Shown: positions 38,853 through 48,214 of the stretch, piece after piece
Layout of the letters: every line of letters begins with the position of its first letter
Position numbering within the stretch: position 1 is the stretch's first letter
Origin: Bacteroidota bacterium
GTDB lineage: Bacteria > Bacteroidota > Bacteroidia > Bacteroidales > JAGONC01
Assembly (NCBI GenBank): GCA_026391695.1
Contig: JAPLDP010000036.1
Span: 11,631 to 75,630, forward strand
Length of the DNA stretch: 64,000 bases
Direction of reading: 5' to 3'
Notes under the pieces: model-generated
What the model was told of the DNA's origin: nothing
Seen by the model: only the letters and a program-made list of their open reading frames with translations
Database searches by the model: none
Position numbers and translations under genes: made by a program

Positions 38853-38914
38853 TGGGAGATGAAATAGAATTCGTCTGTTTGTTCGATTCAAGTTAATAAA
38901 ACCCGCCGGGATAT

Positions 38915-38940
38915 AAAGACTGTGAAAGTCTTTTTTATTT
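38915..38940 (+). terminator. Rho-independent terminator after rubrerythrin
   Basis: AAAGAC-tgtgaaa-GTCTTT followed by TTTATTTT. Confidence 0.6.
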
Positions 38941-38975
38941 TCTTTGTGACCTGATATTGGATCAAGGTTTTCCCT

Positions 38976-40799
38976 ATGAATGCGATGCCCTTGCTGATAG
39001 GTGCGATTGCTGTATTTGTGCTTGCCTATCGTTTTTACTTCAGTTTCATCGCCGCTAAGGTAGCAGTGGCGGATGAAACAAGGCTTACACCTGCAGTGCG
39101 ACTTTATGACAGGCAAAATTATCATCCCATGAGCAAATGGGTTCTGTTCGGGCATCATTTTGCTGCCATAGCAGGTGCAGGTCCGCTGGTGGGGCCGGTA
39201 CTGGCAGTGCAATTCGGTTTCTTTCCGGGATTTCTCTGGATGCTGATAGGCGCTGTAATGGCAGGGGCTGTTCATGATTATATCATCTTGCTGGCATCCG
39301 TGCGCCACGATGGTAAATCCCTTGCTGAGATCGCCAGAACAGAGATCAGTAAGATAAGTGGTTTTACCTCCTCCGTGGCTGTCATTCTTATCATTATCGT
39401 CGCTCTGGCCGGCCTTGGTCTCGTTGTTGTCAATGCTTTGGCAGAGAGCTCATGGGGAACATTTACAATTGCTGTTACAATACCAATAGCTCTGTTCATG
39501 GGAGTGTGGATGTTTGTTTTTCGTAAGGGGCGCATAACGGAGGCCACTATCATTGGCGTCATTTTCCTGACACTGGCTGTCATATTGGGCAAGTATATTC
39601 CAGGATCATCATTTGCCCACTGGTTCACTTTTGATAGAAAAACGCTCACTCTCCTCCTTGCGGGATATGGATTCCTGGCATCTGTCTTACCTGTCTGGCT
39701 TCTGCTTGCTCCACGGGATTATCTGAGTTCAATCATGAAATTGTCAGTTGTGTTTATGCTGGCTGTCGGTATCATCATCGTGGCACCTGATCTTAAAATG
39801 CCTGCTTTTACTTCATTCACTCACGGCGGTGGGCCGATCATACCCGGCACGTTATTTCCTTATCTGTTTATAACCATTGCCTGCGGGGCTGTATCCGGCT
39901 TCCACTCCCTGGTCAGCTCAGGAACCACTCCCAAAATGATTTCAAGTGAATCACACATTAAGCCAATAGCTGTTGGTGCCATGCTATCCGAAGGGATTGT
40001 CAGCATACTGGCTCTTATTGCAGCCTCAAGCCTTTTTCCGCTGGATTATTTCCAAATCAATGTATCGCCGGAAAAATTCGAACAGATACTTCCGGCATTA
40101 AAGGCAATGGGATTTAATACATCAGCTCTTCCTGAATTATCGGCTGAGGTAGGGGAACAAATAGCAGGCCGTACTGGTGGGGCTGTTTCCCTTGCTGTAG
40201 GCATGGCACAAATATTTTCGTCTATCCCGGGGCTGAAAGGCCTGATGTCGTATTGGTACCATTTTGCTATCATGTTCGAGGCACTTTTTATTCTCACTAC
40301 GATAGATGCAGGCACGCGTATAGCACGTTTTCTTTTACAGGAGTTTACAGGCCGGTTTTATAAGCCCTTCGGCAATGCAAAATGGATACCCGGGAACCTG
40401 ATCACCAGCGCAGTCATTGTTTTTTCATGGGGCTATTTCATATATACAGGCAGTGTGACTACTATATGGCCGATGTTTGGCACTGCGAACCAGTTACTTG
40501 CCACAGCAGCTCTTGCAGTTGGCACTTCTTTCATCATCAACAGGGGCAAGGCCAAATATGCCTGGGTTACTATCATACCCATGTGCTTTGTTGGTGTTAC
40601 TACACTTACGGCCGGATGGAAAAACATTACAGGTATTTACTTACCGCAAATTGCTGACATACAATCAAGAGTGCAGGGAATCATAAATTTTTCGCTCACT
40701 GTGCTGATTATGTCATGCGTTTTGATTATATTTATCGATGCTTTGCCAAAATGGTTCAGGCAGTCAGGGATTAAGCATGTCAACCTGAAGTCACAATAA
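38976..40799 (+). CDS. cstA: Carbon starvation protein A (peptide/pyruvate transporter family)
   Basis: 607-aa polytopic ORF with the N-terminal CstA signature (...[21 protein letters not shown]...). Confidence 0.85.
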   Translation: MNAMPLLIGAIAVFVLAYRFYFSFIAAKVAVADETRLTPAVRLYDRQNYHPMSKWVLFGHHFAAIAGAGPLVGPVLAVQFGFFPGFLWMLIGAVMAGAVHDYIILLASVRHDGKSLAEIARTEISKISGFTSSVAVILIIIVALAGLGLVVVNALAESSWGTFTIAVTIPIALFMGVWMFVFRKGRITEATIIGVIFLTLAVILGKYIPGSSFAHWFTFDRKTLTLLLAGYGFLASVLPVWLLLAPRDYLSSIMKLSVVFMLAVGIIIVAPDLKMPAFTSFTHGGGPIIPGTLFPYLFITIACGAVSGFHSLVSSGTTPKMISSESHIKPIAVGAMLSEGIVSILALIAASSLFPLDYFQINVSPEKFEQILPALKAMGFNTSALPELSAEVGEQIAGRTGGAVSLAVGMAQIFSSIPGLKGLMSYWYHFAIMFEALFILTTIDAGTRIARFLLQEFTGRFYKPFGNAKWIPGNLITSAVIVFSWGYFIYTGSVTTIWPMFGTANQLLATAALAVGTSFIINRGKAKYAWVTIIPMCFVGVTTLTAGWKNITGIYLPQIADIQSRVQGIINFSLTVLIMSCVLIIFIDALPKWFRQSGIKHVNLKSQ

Positions 40800-40835
40800 T
40801 GATAAAACCGTAAGTTTACGATAGAAAATAATCCT

Positions 40836-41381
40836 ATGAGCATTCATGTATGCCCGATATGGTTGTCCTTCTCATTGGATAACTTTATCAGAAGGTGTTT
40901 CCATAATCCGAAGAATATCTTAAAAGAATATATCAGGCCCGGATTCATAGTAGCCGATATCGGCTGTGGACCAGGCTATTTTTCCATACCTCTGGCACAG
41001 ATGGTCAGCGAAAAGGGAGTAGTCCTGGCTGTCGATATACAGGAGAAAATGCTCCTGAAAACCAAGAAAAACGCTGAAAAAAATCATGTAGATCATATAA
41101 TTAAACTGGTTAAATGCCAACCCGATAATTTACAGGTCGGCGAAAAAACAGATTTCTTGCTGACATTCTGGATGGTTCATGAAGTGCAGGATATTCCCCA
41201 TCTATTTGACCAGATATCTAAAATAATGAAACCAGGCTCACTGTACCTGTTATGTGAACCCAAAATACATGTTAATGGTGAAAGTTATCAAAAGATGATC
41301 GCCATGGCTGAAAAGGCTGGCTTGAAACCCTTAAGGGAAATAAAAATCCGGTTAAGCCGCAGCATGCTGTTTACGCTGTAA
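40836..41381 (+). CDS. Class I SAM-dependent methyltransferase
   Basis: 181-aa ORF with motif I VADIGCGPGYFS. Confidence 0.7.
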   Translation: MSIHVCPIWLSFSLDNFIRRCFHNPKNILKEYIRPGFIVADIGCGPGYFSIPLAQMVSEKGVVLAVDIQEKMLLKTKKNAEKNHVDHIIKLVKCQPDNLQVGEKTDFLLTFWMVHEVQDIPHLFDQISKIMKPGSLYLLCEPKIHVNGESYQKMIAMAEKAGLKPLREIKIRLSRSMLFTL

Positions 41382-41430
41382 AACGATATCTCCGCTTCTT
41401 GTCACATGGAAACCTGTCCAGGAAATACCC

Positions 41431-41482
41431 CACTCAACATTTAATAGCTACAAGCTTCAAGCTACAAGATACAAGTTGAGTG
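41431..41482. repeat. Heptamer array (5 units) enclosed by a perfect 8-bp inverted repeat
   Basis: CACTCAAC ... GCTACAA GCTTCAA GCTACAA GATACAA ... GTTGAGTG. It shares the core CAAGCTTCAAGCT with the array at 19078-19133. Confidence 0.65.
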
Positions 41483-41816
41483 AAGCGCAGCTGAGCGAAA
41501 TCTGTTTAAAAACTCTATAAAGCGTGCACATGTGCAGGGTGGATTTATCTTTAAATCTTTATGCTGCTTTCGGGATAGGGAAAGCATTTGAATGTGGATT
41601 ACAATGGGCATAGTAATACACAACAGAAATCATAGCCTGAATGCGATGTATCTGGAATCCCCCAAACATACAGATTAATGGCCCGTAAGTTTTGTCAGAT
41701 GCCTGGTATTAGAATCTTAACCGGGGAAGTGGGCTGATATTAATGACAGGAGGAAATTAGTATTCAGCAGGCAGCAGGCATATAATACCTATTGTCGATT
41801 GCCCACTGATGACTGA

Positions 41817-42110
41817 TCAATATCGGCTGAAATTACGTCTTTCGCCGCCTGGACTATCTCTCCGTTCTGTTCTAGGTTTAGCTATCGATACGGAAATGAC
41901 TTTGCCATCAAATTCTGCTTGGTTCAATTCTTCAATGGCTTTCTTACCTTCTTCATCGTTTTTCATCTCAACGAATCCGAAACCTCTTGATCTGCCCGAA
42001 AATTTATCGGTAATCACTTTGGCTGATGTTACTTCGCCATACTCGTCAAATAACTGCTTTAAGTCTTCACTGCTAACTCTGAAACTTAAATTTGAAACAA
42101 AAATGTTCAT
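41817..42110 (-). CDS. RRM-type RNA-binding protein
   Basis: 97-aa ORF with RNP-2 (IFVSNL) and RNP-1 (RGFGFVEM) motifs. Confidence 0.85.
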   Translation of the reverse strand: MNIFVSNLSFRVSSEDLKQLFDEYGEVTSAKVITDKFSGRSRGFGFVEMKNDEEGKKAIEELNQAEFDGKVISVSIAKPRTERRDSPGGERRNFSRY

Positions 42111-42284
42111 GAAAATTAAAAATTAAAAATTAATAAAAAAAATTATAAAACTCTTGAGCGCAATTGGTATAATCCAACCACTTCTCAACTTGACCGGCAA
42201 AGATAGTGTATAATATATCACATGTAACACATTTTATCATTTTATTTTTCAAGCACTGAATTATGAGAGTGACAAAAACATTAA

Positions 42285-42821
42285 ATGATTCAAAACTTAT
42301 ATATTTGCCAAAAAAACTTGAAGAGACTTTTTGCACTTGCTGTAATAATTGTTCTTGCCTTTAATACAGGTGGTTTCTGGCTTCTGTTTGAATTGCAGAA
42401 ATTATCAAATTATATCCTTGTGCAAAAGGAACTTAAATCATCAGATGAGTACGAAATAATCAAACTTTCCAGGGGGGAATTTAACCGCTGCACAACCAAG
42501 GCAAAAGAGATCAAACTTGGTGATCAAATGTATGATTTTAACAAGAAGGTCATTCAGGGCGATACGGTTATTATATATTGTATCAGAGACACGAGGGAAG
42601 AAAATCTGATCTCTGCATTTTACAAATACCTGAAAAATCATCATTCAAAGGAAAATGATAAACTTCTTTCACACTTTATTCAGCTTCTTCATATAGTATT
42701 TGTGGTGCCTGATAATTTCCCTAATAATATAACTTCAGTTTTAGATAATCCTTTTCGAGAATGGAGGCATTTCTACCAATCGGTTTTTTTGCCGATTGAC
42801 TCTCCTCCGCCAAAATGCTGA
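42285..42821 (+). CDS. Hypothetical membrane-anchored protein
   Basis: 178-aa ORF with one N-terminal TM segment, immediately upstream of a TonB-dependent receptor. I recognise no motif. Confidence 0.5.
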   Translation: MIQNLYICQKNLKRLFALAVIIVLAFNTGGFWLLFELQKLSNYILVQKELKSSDEYEIIKLSRGEFNRCTTKAKEIKLGDQMYDFNKKVIQGDTVIIYCIRDTREENLISAFYKYLKNHHSKENDKLLSHFIQLLHIVFVVPDNFPNNITSVLDNPFREWRHFYQSVFLPIDSPPPKC

Positions 42822-42930
42822 TTGCCTTTTATTACCTTACTTTCCCATACAGACACGCTAAACGTGTAAAACAATAATTCTTACCGGATTGTCCGGTATT
42901 GCTAATTTTTATTTTATTAAATCGCAAAAA

Positions 42931-45141
42931 ATGAAAAAAATCATCTTTATTACCATTATTCTATCGATAGCTTTTATGCCATTAAAAGCCCAGGTCCTTA
43001 AGCAGGACACTATAAGCAAGACTGTTCAGCTGGATGAAGTGGTTATTTCCGCAAACAAAGTGGAAGAGAATAAACGATATGTTGCACAGCAGGTTCAAAC
43101 TATCCCAATACGTCAGATCAAATACCTCAATCTGCAAAGTACTGCAGAGCTCATCCAGAACAGTGGTACAGTAACTATGCAGAAAAGCCAGCAGGGTGGC
43201 GGAAGTCCTGTTATCCGTGGCTTTGAGGCCAGCCGGGTTTTACTCATGATCGATGGAGTCAGAATGAACAACCTCATATACCGTATCGGACATCTGCAAA
43301 ATGTCATAACCGCCGACCAGAACACATTTGAGAGAGTCGAAATATTATTTGGGCCTTCGTCAACAGTTTATGGAAGCGATGCACTGGGCGGAGTTATCCA
43401 TTTCTTTACAAAAGATCCATTGCTGGCCGGTGAGTCACAAAAACTCAATTTCACTGGCAATGCTTTTGCCCGGTATGGCACAGCCAATAATGAAATGACC
43501 GGCCATCTTGACCTGAATTTCGGCACCAGGAAATTCGGATCATTAACATCATTTACATATAGCGATTTTGGAGATTTGCTAATGGGTGGAAATCCTAATC
43601 CATTTTATAACACTTTTGGACAACGTATCCACTATGCTGAACGTATCGATGGAAAGGATTCGCTTGTAGCCAATAATAATATTCTGCTGCAGAGGCAGAG
43701 TGCATATTCCCAGTATGATCTGCTGCAAAAATTCCTCTATCAGCCAAATCAGGATATTTCGCACCTTATCAATATTCAATTGTCAAACTCGTCGGATATT
43801 CCCCGGTATGACCGTCTGACCGATCCGAAAGGAGAAGGATTAAAATATGCTGAATGGTTTTACGGACCGCAATTCAGATTGCTGACAGCGTACGATATGA
43901 ATGTTAGTAACCGGCTTGAATTCAACAACATCCATCTCAATATAAGCTACCAGAATATTGAAGAAAGCCGGCACACACGTAATTTCGGAAAAGACAACCT
44001 GACCCACCGTCATGAAAAAGTGCAGGTGGCAGGGTTTAATCTTGATTTAACTAAAAATATCCGGACAAACAGTATCCGTTTCGGGATTGACGGTCAGTAC
44101 AACACCCTAAAGTCGACGGCATTTGAGGAAGACATTGTCAGTGGAGAGACCTCACCTCTTGATACACGTTACCCCGATGGCGACAACCGGATGACGCTGG
44201 TCGGGGCCTATGGCACCCATACCTGGCAGATCAACGATAAATTTGTCCTGAATGATGGCATACGTGTGGGTTATGCAACACTATTTTCAACATTTGTCGA
44301 TAAAACATTCTTCACCTTTCCATTCAATGAAGTAAATCAAAATAATCTGACCTATAGCGGCAGTCTGGGGCTCATCTTTCTACCTACCCAGTCCTGGAAG
44401 TTTTCTGTCAATGGCAGTACAGGTTTCAGAGTACCTAATGTGGATGACCTGAGCAAGGTCTTTGAATCAACCCCTGGTAACGTCACTGTTCCCAATCCTG
44501 ATCTTAAACCTGAGAAAACCGTCAACGGGGACCTGAATATTACCAGATGGTGCGACGAAATGTTCAGCTGGGAAAATGTTTTCTATGGCACGTACTTTTT
44601 TGATGTTATTGTAAAGGATACATTCCTTTTCGATGGCCAGGATTCCATCATGTACGATGGCACCATGAGCCGTGTGATGGCCAACCAAAATAAAGAAAAT
44701 GCATTTATCTTAGGCTATTCTACGACACTAAAAGCTGATCTGACTGATAATTTCGGTCTGACAGCATCCTTAAATTATACTTACGGCCGCATAATCGGTG
44801 ACAGCACTAACACCCCACTCGACCACATACCGCCTATTTTCGGAAGAATCGGGATGACATATAAATGTTGTGGATTCACATCGGAGTTGTTTACCAACTT
44901 CAATGGTTGGAAACGTCTGAAAGATTATTATCTGAATGGTGAGGACAATGAGGCATATGCCACGCCGGATGGAATGCCCGCATGGTATACCCTCAATGCA
45001 AGAGTATCGTACCAGGCCAGCAAATACATTTTGCTGCAGGCTGGTGTCGACAATATTTTTGATATACAATACCGGACATTCGCTTCAGGCATAAATGCGC
45101 CTGGAAGAAATCTGTTCGTTACAGTAAGAGTTAGTTTCTGA
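42931..45141 (+). CDS. TonB-dependent outer-membrane receptor
   Basis: The start was set at MKKIIFITIILS (signal peptide). It has a plug-domain segment (VTMQKSQQGGGSPVIRGFEASRVLLMIDGVRMNN), a beta-barrel and a C-terminal aromatic residue (...VRVSF). Confidence 0.85.
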   Translation: MKKIIFITIILSIAFMPLKAQVLKQDTISKTVQLDEVVISANKVEENKRYVAQQVQTIPIRQIKYLNLQSTAELIQNSGTVTMQKSQQGGGSPVIRGFEASRVLLMIDGVRMNNLIYRIGHLQNVITADQNTFERVEILFGPSSTVYGSDALGGVIHFFTKDPLLAGESQKLNFTGNAFARYGTANNEMTGHLDLNFGTRKFGSLTSFTYSDFGDLLMGGNPNPFYNTFGQRIHYAERIDGKDSLVANNNILLQRQSAYSQYDLLQKFLYQPNQDISHLINIQLSNSSDIPRYDRLTDPKGEGLKYAEWFYGPQFRLLTAYDMNVSNRLEFNNIHLNISYQNIEESRHTRNFGKDNLTHRHEKVQVAGFNLDLTKNIRTNSIRFGIDGQYNTLKSTAFEEDIVSGETSPLDTRYPDGDNRMTLVGAYGTHTWQINDKFVLNDGIRVGYATLFSTFVDKTFFTFPFNEVNQNNLTYSGSLGLIFLPTQSWKFSVNGSTGFRVPNVDDLSKVFESTPGNVTVPNPDLKPEKTVNGDLNITRWCDEMFSWENVFYGTYFFDVIVKDTFLFDGQDSIMYDGTMSRVMANQNKENAFILGYSTTLKADLTDNFGLTASLNYTYGRIIGDSTNTPLDHIPPIFGRIGMTYKCCGFTSELFTNFNGWKRLKDYYLNGEDNEAYATPDGMPAWYTLNARVSYQASKYILLQAGVDNIFDIQYRTFASGINAPGRNLFVTVRVSF

Positions 45142-45149
45142 GAAATCAG

Positions 45150-45185
45150 GGACTCCATCCATACTTTGGATGGAATCCCTTTTTA
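45150..45185 (+). terminator. Rho-independent terminator after the TonB receptor
   Basis: GGGACTCCATCC-atacttt-GGATGGAATCCC (12-bp stem, one mismatch) followed by TTTTT. Confidence 0.75.
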
Positions 45186-45239
45186 GCTTGTCATCTATCT
45201 GGAGTCTCATCATGATATTCCGAATATATCCGATGAGGA

Positions 45240-45395
45240 TTACAATTCAAATGAGCCGGAAGTTTTAGAAATCCAATTTTTCACTCCGTTGGTTGTTTTA
45301 ACGACAGTTTCATCGGTATCAACGGCAAAACCATTAGTTTGGGTTACAAAAAATAATGAGTATAGGGTATTTGTCGTACTGTTGGCTTGCAGCCC
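45240..45395 (-). pseudogene. Possible remnant of a BNR/Ycf48-like propeller blade
   Basis: The C-terminal ~50 aa of the 115-aa track ORF (LYSLFFVTQTNGFAVDTDETVVKTTNGVKNWISKTSG) resemble a single BNR-type blade. The 5' part of the track ORF overlaps the promoter module of the opposite-strand gene. Confidence 0.3.
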
Positions 45396-45498
45396 CCAAT
45401 TATTGAACAGCTGAATCAAACCTTGGTAGATCAACCCAATGAAGGAAAAGATATTTCCTGGTCGATTCAATCCCCGCTCCTGTTTACCAGATAGCCCG

Positions 45499-45567
45499 AA
45501 TGTGTGAATGATGTAATTCTTTTCTGGAATTGTGTAACGCTTTCCGGAATTAAATGACCCACCTTTG
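45499..45567 (+). promoter_or_regulatory. 69-bp promoter module, copy S1
   Basis: AATGTGTGAATGATGTAAT-12 nt-TTGTGTAAC-25 nt-TTTG, 38 nt upstream of ATG 45606. Confidence 0.7.
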
Positions 45568-45605
45568 TTCTGTGAAAATTTATTCACAACTTAAAACTAA
45601 AAATC

Positions 45606-46142
45606 ATGAAAAAAGCAATCATTGCTTTGCTGTTCTTCCTATCGATACTAAGTTTAAATATCTCTGCTCAAAATGCAACTTCTACTGAAAAATATGGAAA
45701 GACCTTTAACTTAGGTTTGGGCATTGGGGGGTATTCAGGATATTACGGATATACAGGGCATTCATTGCCTGTTTTTCATATAAACTATGAATTTGATGTG
45801 GCAAGGAATTTTACATTAGCTCCTTTTGTCACGTTTTATACATACAGAAACGACCACTATCGTGAAACAGTTATTCCGATAGGTGTTAAAGGCACTTACT
45901 ATTTTGATCAATTACTCAGAGCTAATTCCAATTGGGATTTTTATCTGGCAGGTTCATTAGGATTTGCAATAGTAAATTCAAATTGGGATAATGACTATAA
46001 TGGTAATAAAAATTACTACCATAAAGCAAATCCATTATTTCTCGATATACATATAGGAACAGAATACCACATAAATAAGCGGTTTGGAGTATTCCTTGAC
46101 CTCTCAAGCGGTGTTTCAACTATTGGTCTAGCAATTCATTAA
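45606..46142 (+). CDS. Small outer-membrane beta-barrel protein
   Basis: 178-aa ORF with a signal peptide, alternating aromatic/Gly-rich beta-strand pattern and a terminal ...GLAIH. Confidence 0.6.
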   Translation: MKKAIIALLFFLSILSLNISAQNATSTEKYGKTFNLGLGIGGYSGYYGYTGHSLPVFHINYEFDVARNFTLAPFVTFYTYRNDHYRETVIPIGVKGTYYFDQLLRANSNWDFYLAGSLGFAIVNSNWDNDYNGNKNYYHKANPLFLDIHIGTEYHINKRFGVFLDLSSGVSTIGLAIH

Positions 46143-46175
46143 TTTCAATAAAATGAGAATCAATAATCAAGCAAA

Positions 46176-46514
46176 ATGGATAAGACAGAACTTGAAAAAT
46201 CAAAAGCGCACATCATAGTAGAAATAATTGAGTATGTTCCTAATTCGGTCGTCTGCAAAACGATTCTAAAAAAATCAACAGGAAATATCAGCGTAATGTC
46301 ATTTGACAGTGGCGAAGGGTTAACAGAAAAAACCACTCCCTTTGACACCTTCGCCCAAATCATTGAAGGTAAAGCTGAGCTCGTAATTGACGGAACTTCC
46401 ATGTTACTTGAAACAGGTCAGTCCATTATTATACCTGCTCATAAATCCAATCTCATAAAAGCAAACGGACGCTTTAAAATGATTCAGACCGTAATCAAAA
46501 GCGGTTACGAATAA
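46176..46514 (+). CDS. Cupin-domain protein
   Basis: 112-aa ORF with a cupin-like core (...FAQIIEGKAELVIDGTSMLLETGQSIIIPAHK...). Confidence 0.6.
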   Translation: MDKTELEKSKAHIIVEIIEYVPNSVVCKTILKKSTGNISVMSFDSGEGLTEKTTPFDTFAQIIEGKAELVIDGTSMLLETGQSIIIPAHKSNLIKANGRFKMIQTVIKSGYE

Positions 46515-46522
46515 CCTGTCTG

Positions 46523-46591
46523 CCGATAGGCAAATGTGTGAATGATATAATTTATTTCCGAAATTATGTAACGGTTCCCGGAATAGAGGGA
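46523..46591 (+). promoter_or_regulatory. 69-bp promoter module, copy S2
   Basis: AATGTGTGAATGATATAAT-12 nt-ATTATGTAAC-25 nt-(TAcc)TTTG, 53 nt upstream of ATG 46645. Confidence 0.7.
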
Positions 46592-46644
46592 GATACCTTT
46601 GTTAATGTAATAATTTACTCACAAACTTAAATAAACTTACAGTC

Positions 46645-46800
46645 ATGCGAAATTTACTTTATGTCATAGCCGTAATCTTGGTTGTCGCATGGGCAATTGG
46701 TTATATTAGGTACGATGCCGGCGGCATCATACACATTCTTCTTGTTATTGCAATTATTGCAGTAATACTTAGGATTATTCAAGGTAGGAGATCAAATTAA
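46645..46800 (+). CDS. lmo0937-family small membrane protein (51 aa)
   Basis: Below the ORF-track size cut-off. Manual translation: MRNLLYVIAVILVVAWAIGYIRYDAGGIIHILLVIAIIAVILRIIQGRRSN. Two TM helices and the GG(L/I)IH(I/L)LLVIA motif are typical of this family. Confidence 0.75.
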   Translation: MRNLLYVIAVILVVAWAIGYIRYDAGGIIHILLVIAIIAVILRIIQGRRSN

Positions 46801-46827
46801 ATCAAATAATTTTAAAAATCAAACAAC

Positions 46828-47148
46828 ATGAAAAAGATTGCTCTTTGTTTAATGGTAACATTTTTGTCATTAACATTTTGCCCGATTTTATCAATTGCTG
46901 CAACTACTGCTGCATCTTCTTCTCCAGTTACTTCAAAACCAGCAGAATCAGCAGAAGCTAAAACCTTACTGCTAAGGTTAGACGAAATTAAGGCGATGGA
47001 TAAGTCAAACTTAAAGCCGTCAGAGAAGAAAAATTTACGAAAAGAAGTACGTTCAATCAAACACCAGCTTAAAAGAATAGGTGGTGGCGTGTATCTTTCA
47101 GCGGGTGCAATAATTATTATCATATTGCTGCTGATTATTTTGCTGTAA
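46828..47148 (+). CDS. Hypothetical secreted/C-terminally anchored protein
   Basis: 106-aa ORF with a signal peptide, a Lys-rich helical middle and a C-terminal hydrophobic tail (GAIIIIILLLIILL). Confidence 0.6.
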   Translation: MKKIALCLMVTFLSLTFCPILSIAATTAASSSPVTSKPAESAEAKTLLLRLDEIKAMDKSNLKPSEKKNLRKEVRSIKHQLKRIGGGVYLSAGAIIIIILLLIILL

Positions 47149-47167
47149 ACAATTTAAAACAAAAATC

Positions 47168-47446
47168 ATGAGCTCAGGAAAAGTATTATTAGGCGTCTTG
47201 GCTGGCGTTGCTGTCGGTGCATTGTTAGGGATATTATTTGCCCCAGATAAAGGTTCGGAAACCCGAAAAAAAATATCAAAAAAGGGAGAGGACTATGCGG
47301 AGGCATTAAAAGAAAAATTCAATGAATTTCTTGACAGTATCTCCGAAAAATTTGAACAGGTAAAAGAAGAAGTTTACGATTTCGCTGAACAAGAACAGGC
47401 CAAATCAGATGAAGTAAAAAAGGACGTGAAAACTGCCAAGGGTTGA
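47168..47446 (+). CDS. YtxH-domain general-stress protein
   Basis: 92-aa ORF. The N-terminal LLGVLAGVAVGALLGILFAPDKGSETRKK is the YtxH signature, followed by a charged helical tail. Confidence 0.8.
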   Translation: MSSGKVLLGVLAGVAVGALLGILFAPDKGSETRKKISKKGEDYAEALKEKFNEFLDSISEKFEQVKEEVYDFAEQEQAKSDEVKKDVKTAKG

Positions 47447-47467
47447 ACTGTTATCAAAACCGAACCC

Positions 47468-47809
47468 ATGGAAGATAATTCGAAATTGATTGAATCATTG
47501 CTGGAAAAAGCTGCCGACTACGGCAAAGCAAGCTATGAGTTAGTAAAACTTAAAGCCCTGGACAAAACATCGGATGTTGTTTCTTCATTCATACCTCATA
47601 CTGTTGTCCTTGTCTTAATTGCGTCATTCATTCTTTTCCTCAATTTGGGATTAGCTTTTTGGCTTGGCGAAATCCTTGGCAAAACCTGTTTCGGATTCTT
47701 TGTGGTAGGTGCTTTTTATGGTATTATAGCGATTGTTTTACATTTTTTTATGCATAAATGGCTTAAAAAGCTTCTCTGCAATTATATCATTAAACAGGTG
47801 CTTAAATAA
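47468..47809 (+). CDS. Holin-X-like (phage holin family 3_6) small membrane protein
   Basis: 113-aa ORF with an N-terminal amphipathic helix (LIESLLEKAADYGKASYELVKLKALDK) and two TM segments, immediately after the YtxH gene. Confidence 0.6.
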   Translation: MEDNSKLIESLLEKAADYGKASYELVKLKALDKTSDVVSSFIPHTVVLVLIASFILFLNLGLAFWLGEILGKTCFGFFVVGAFYGIIAIVLHFFMHKWLKKLLCNYIIKQVLK

Positions 47810-47815
47810 AATCAC

Positions 47816-48214
47816 ATGCAAAACATATCTACCACTGCCGGGCTTAAAAATGCAATTCAATTATTAGAAGTTGATCAAGCTATTAAAGGGCAGCTATTGA
47901 AAGAACAATTCTACCTTACTTACGAGCGTTTTAAGCCTATTAACCTACTCAAGGGCACTTTGAAAGATATAGCTTCATCGCCATATTTGATCGATAACAT
48001 TTTAGGCGCTGCCACGGGTTTAGCTGCCGGGTATCTCTCAAAAAAAATATTTATAGGTGCATCAGACAACATGTTTAGAAAGCTTATCGGCTTTCTTCTA
48101 CAGTTTGGTGTTACAAAGGTTGTTGCTAAACACCCTGATGCTATTAAATCATTCGGTACGTTTATCATTCAAAATATTCACCACAAAAAAGAAATGAATT
48201 CTAAAAAGCCGTGA
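47816..48214 (+). CDS. Hypothetical protein (third member of the YtxH/holin-X cluster)
   Basis: 132-aa ORF with 6-nt spacing from the upstream gene and a 4-nt overlap (GTGA) with the downstream gene. Confidence 0.55.
   Translation: MQNISTTAGLKNAIQLLEVDQAIKGQLLKEQFYLTYERFKPINLLKGTLKDIASSPYLIDNILGAATGLAAGYLSKKIFIGASDNMFRKLIGFLLQFGVTKVVAKHPDAIKSFGTFIIQNIHHKKEMNSKKP

Noticed and set aside
38832-39308. 158-aa minus-strand ORF
   Set aside because: It is antisense to the CstA N-terminus and spans the rubrerythrin terminator. Its composition is Cys/His-rich and atypical.
41809-42126. 105-aa plus-strand ORF
   Set aside because: It is the exact antisense of the RRM protein gene, which carries canonical RNP-1/RNP-2 motifs.
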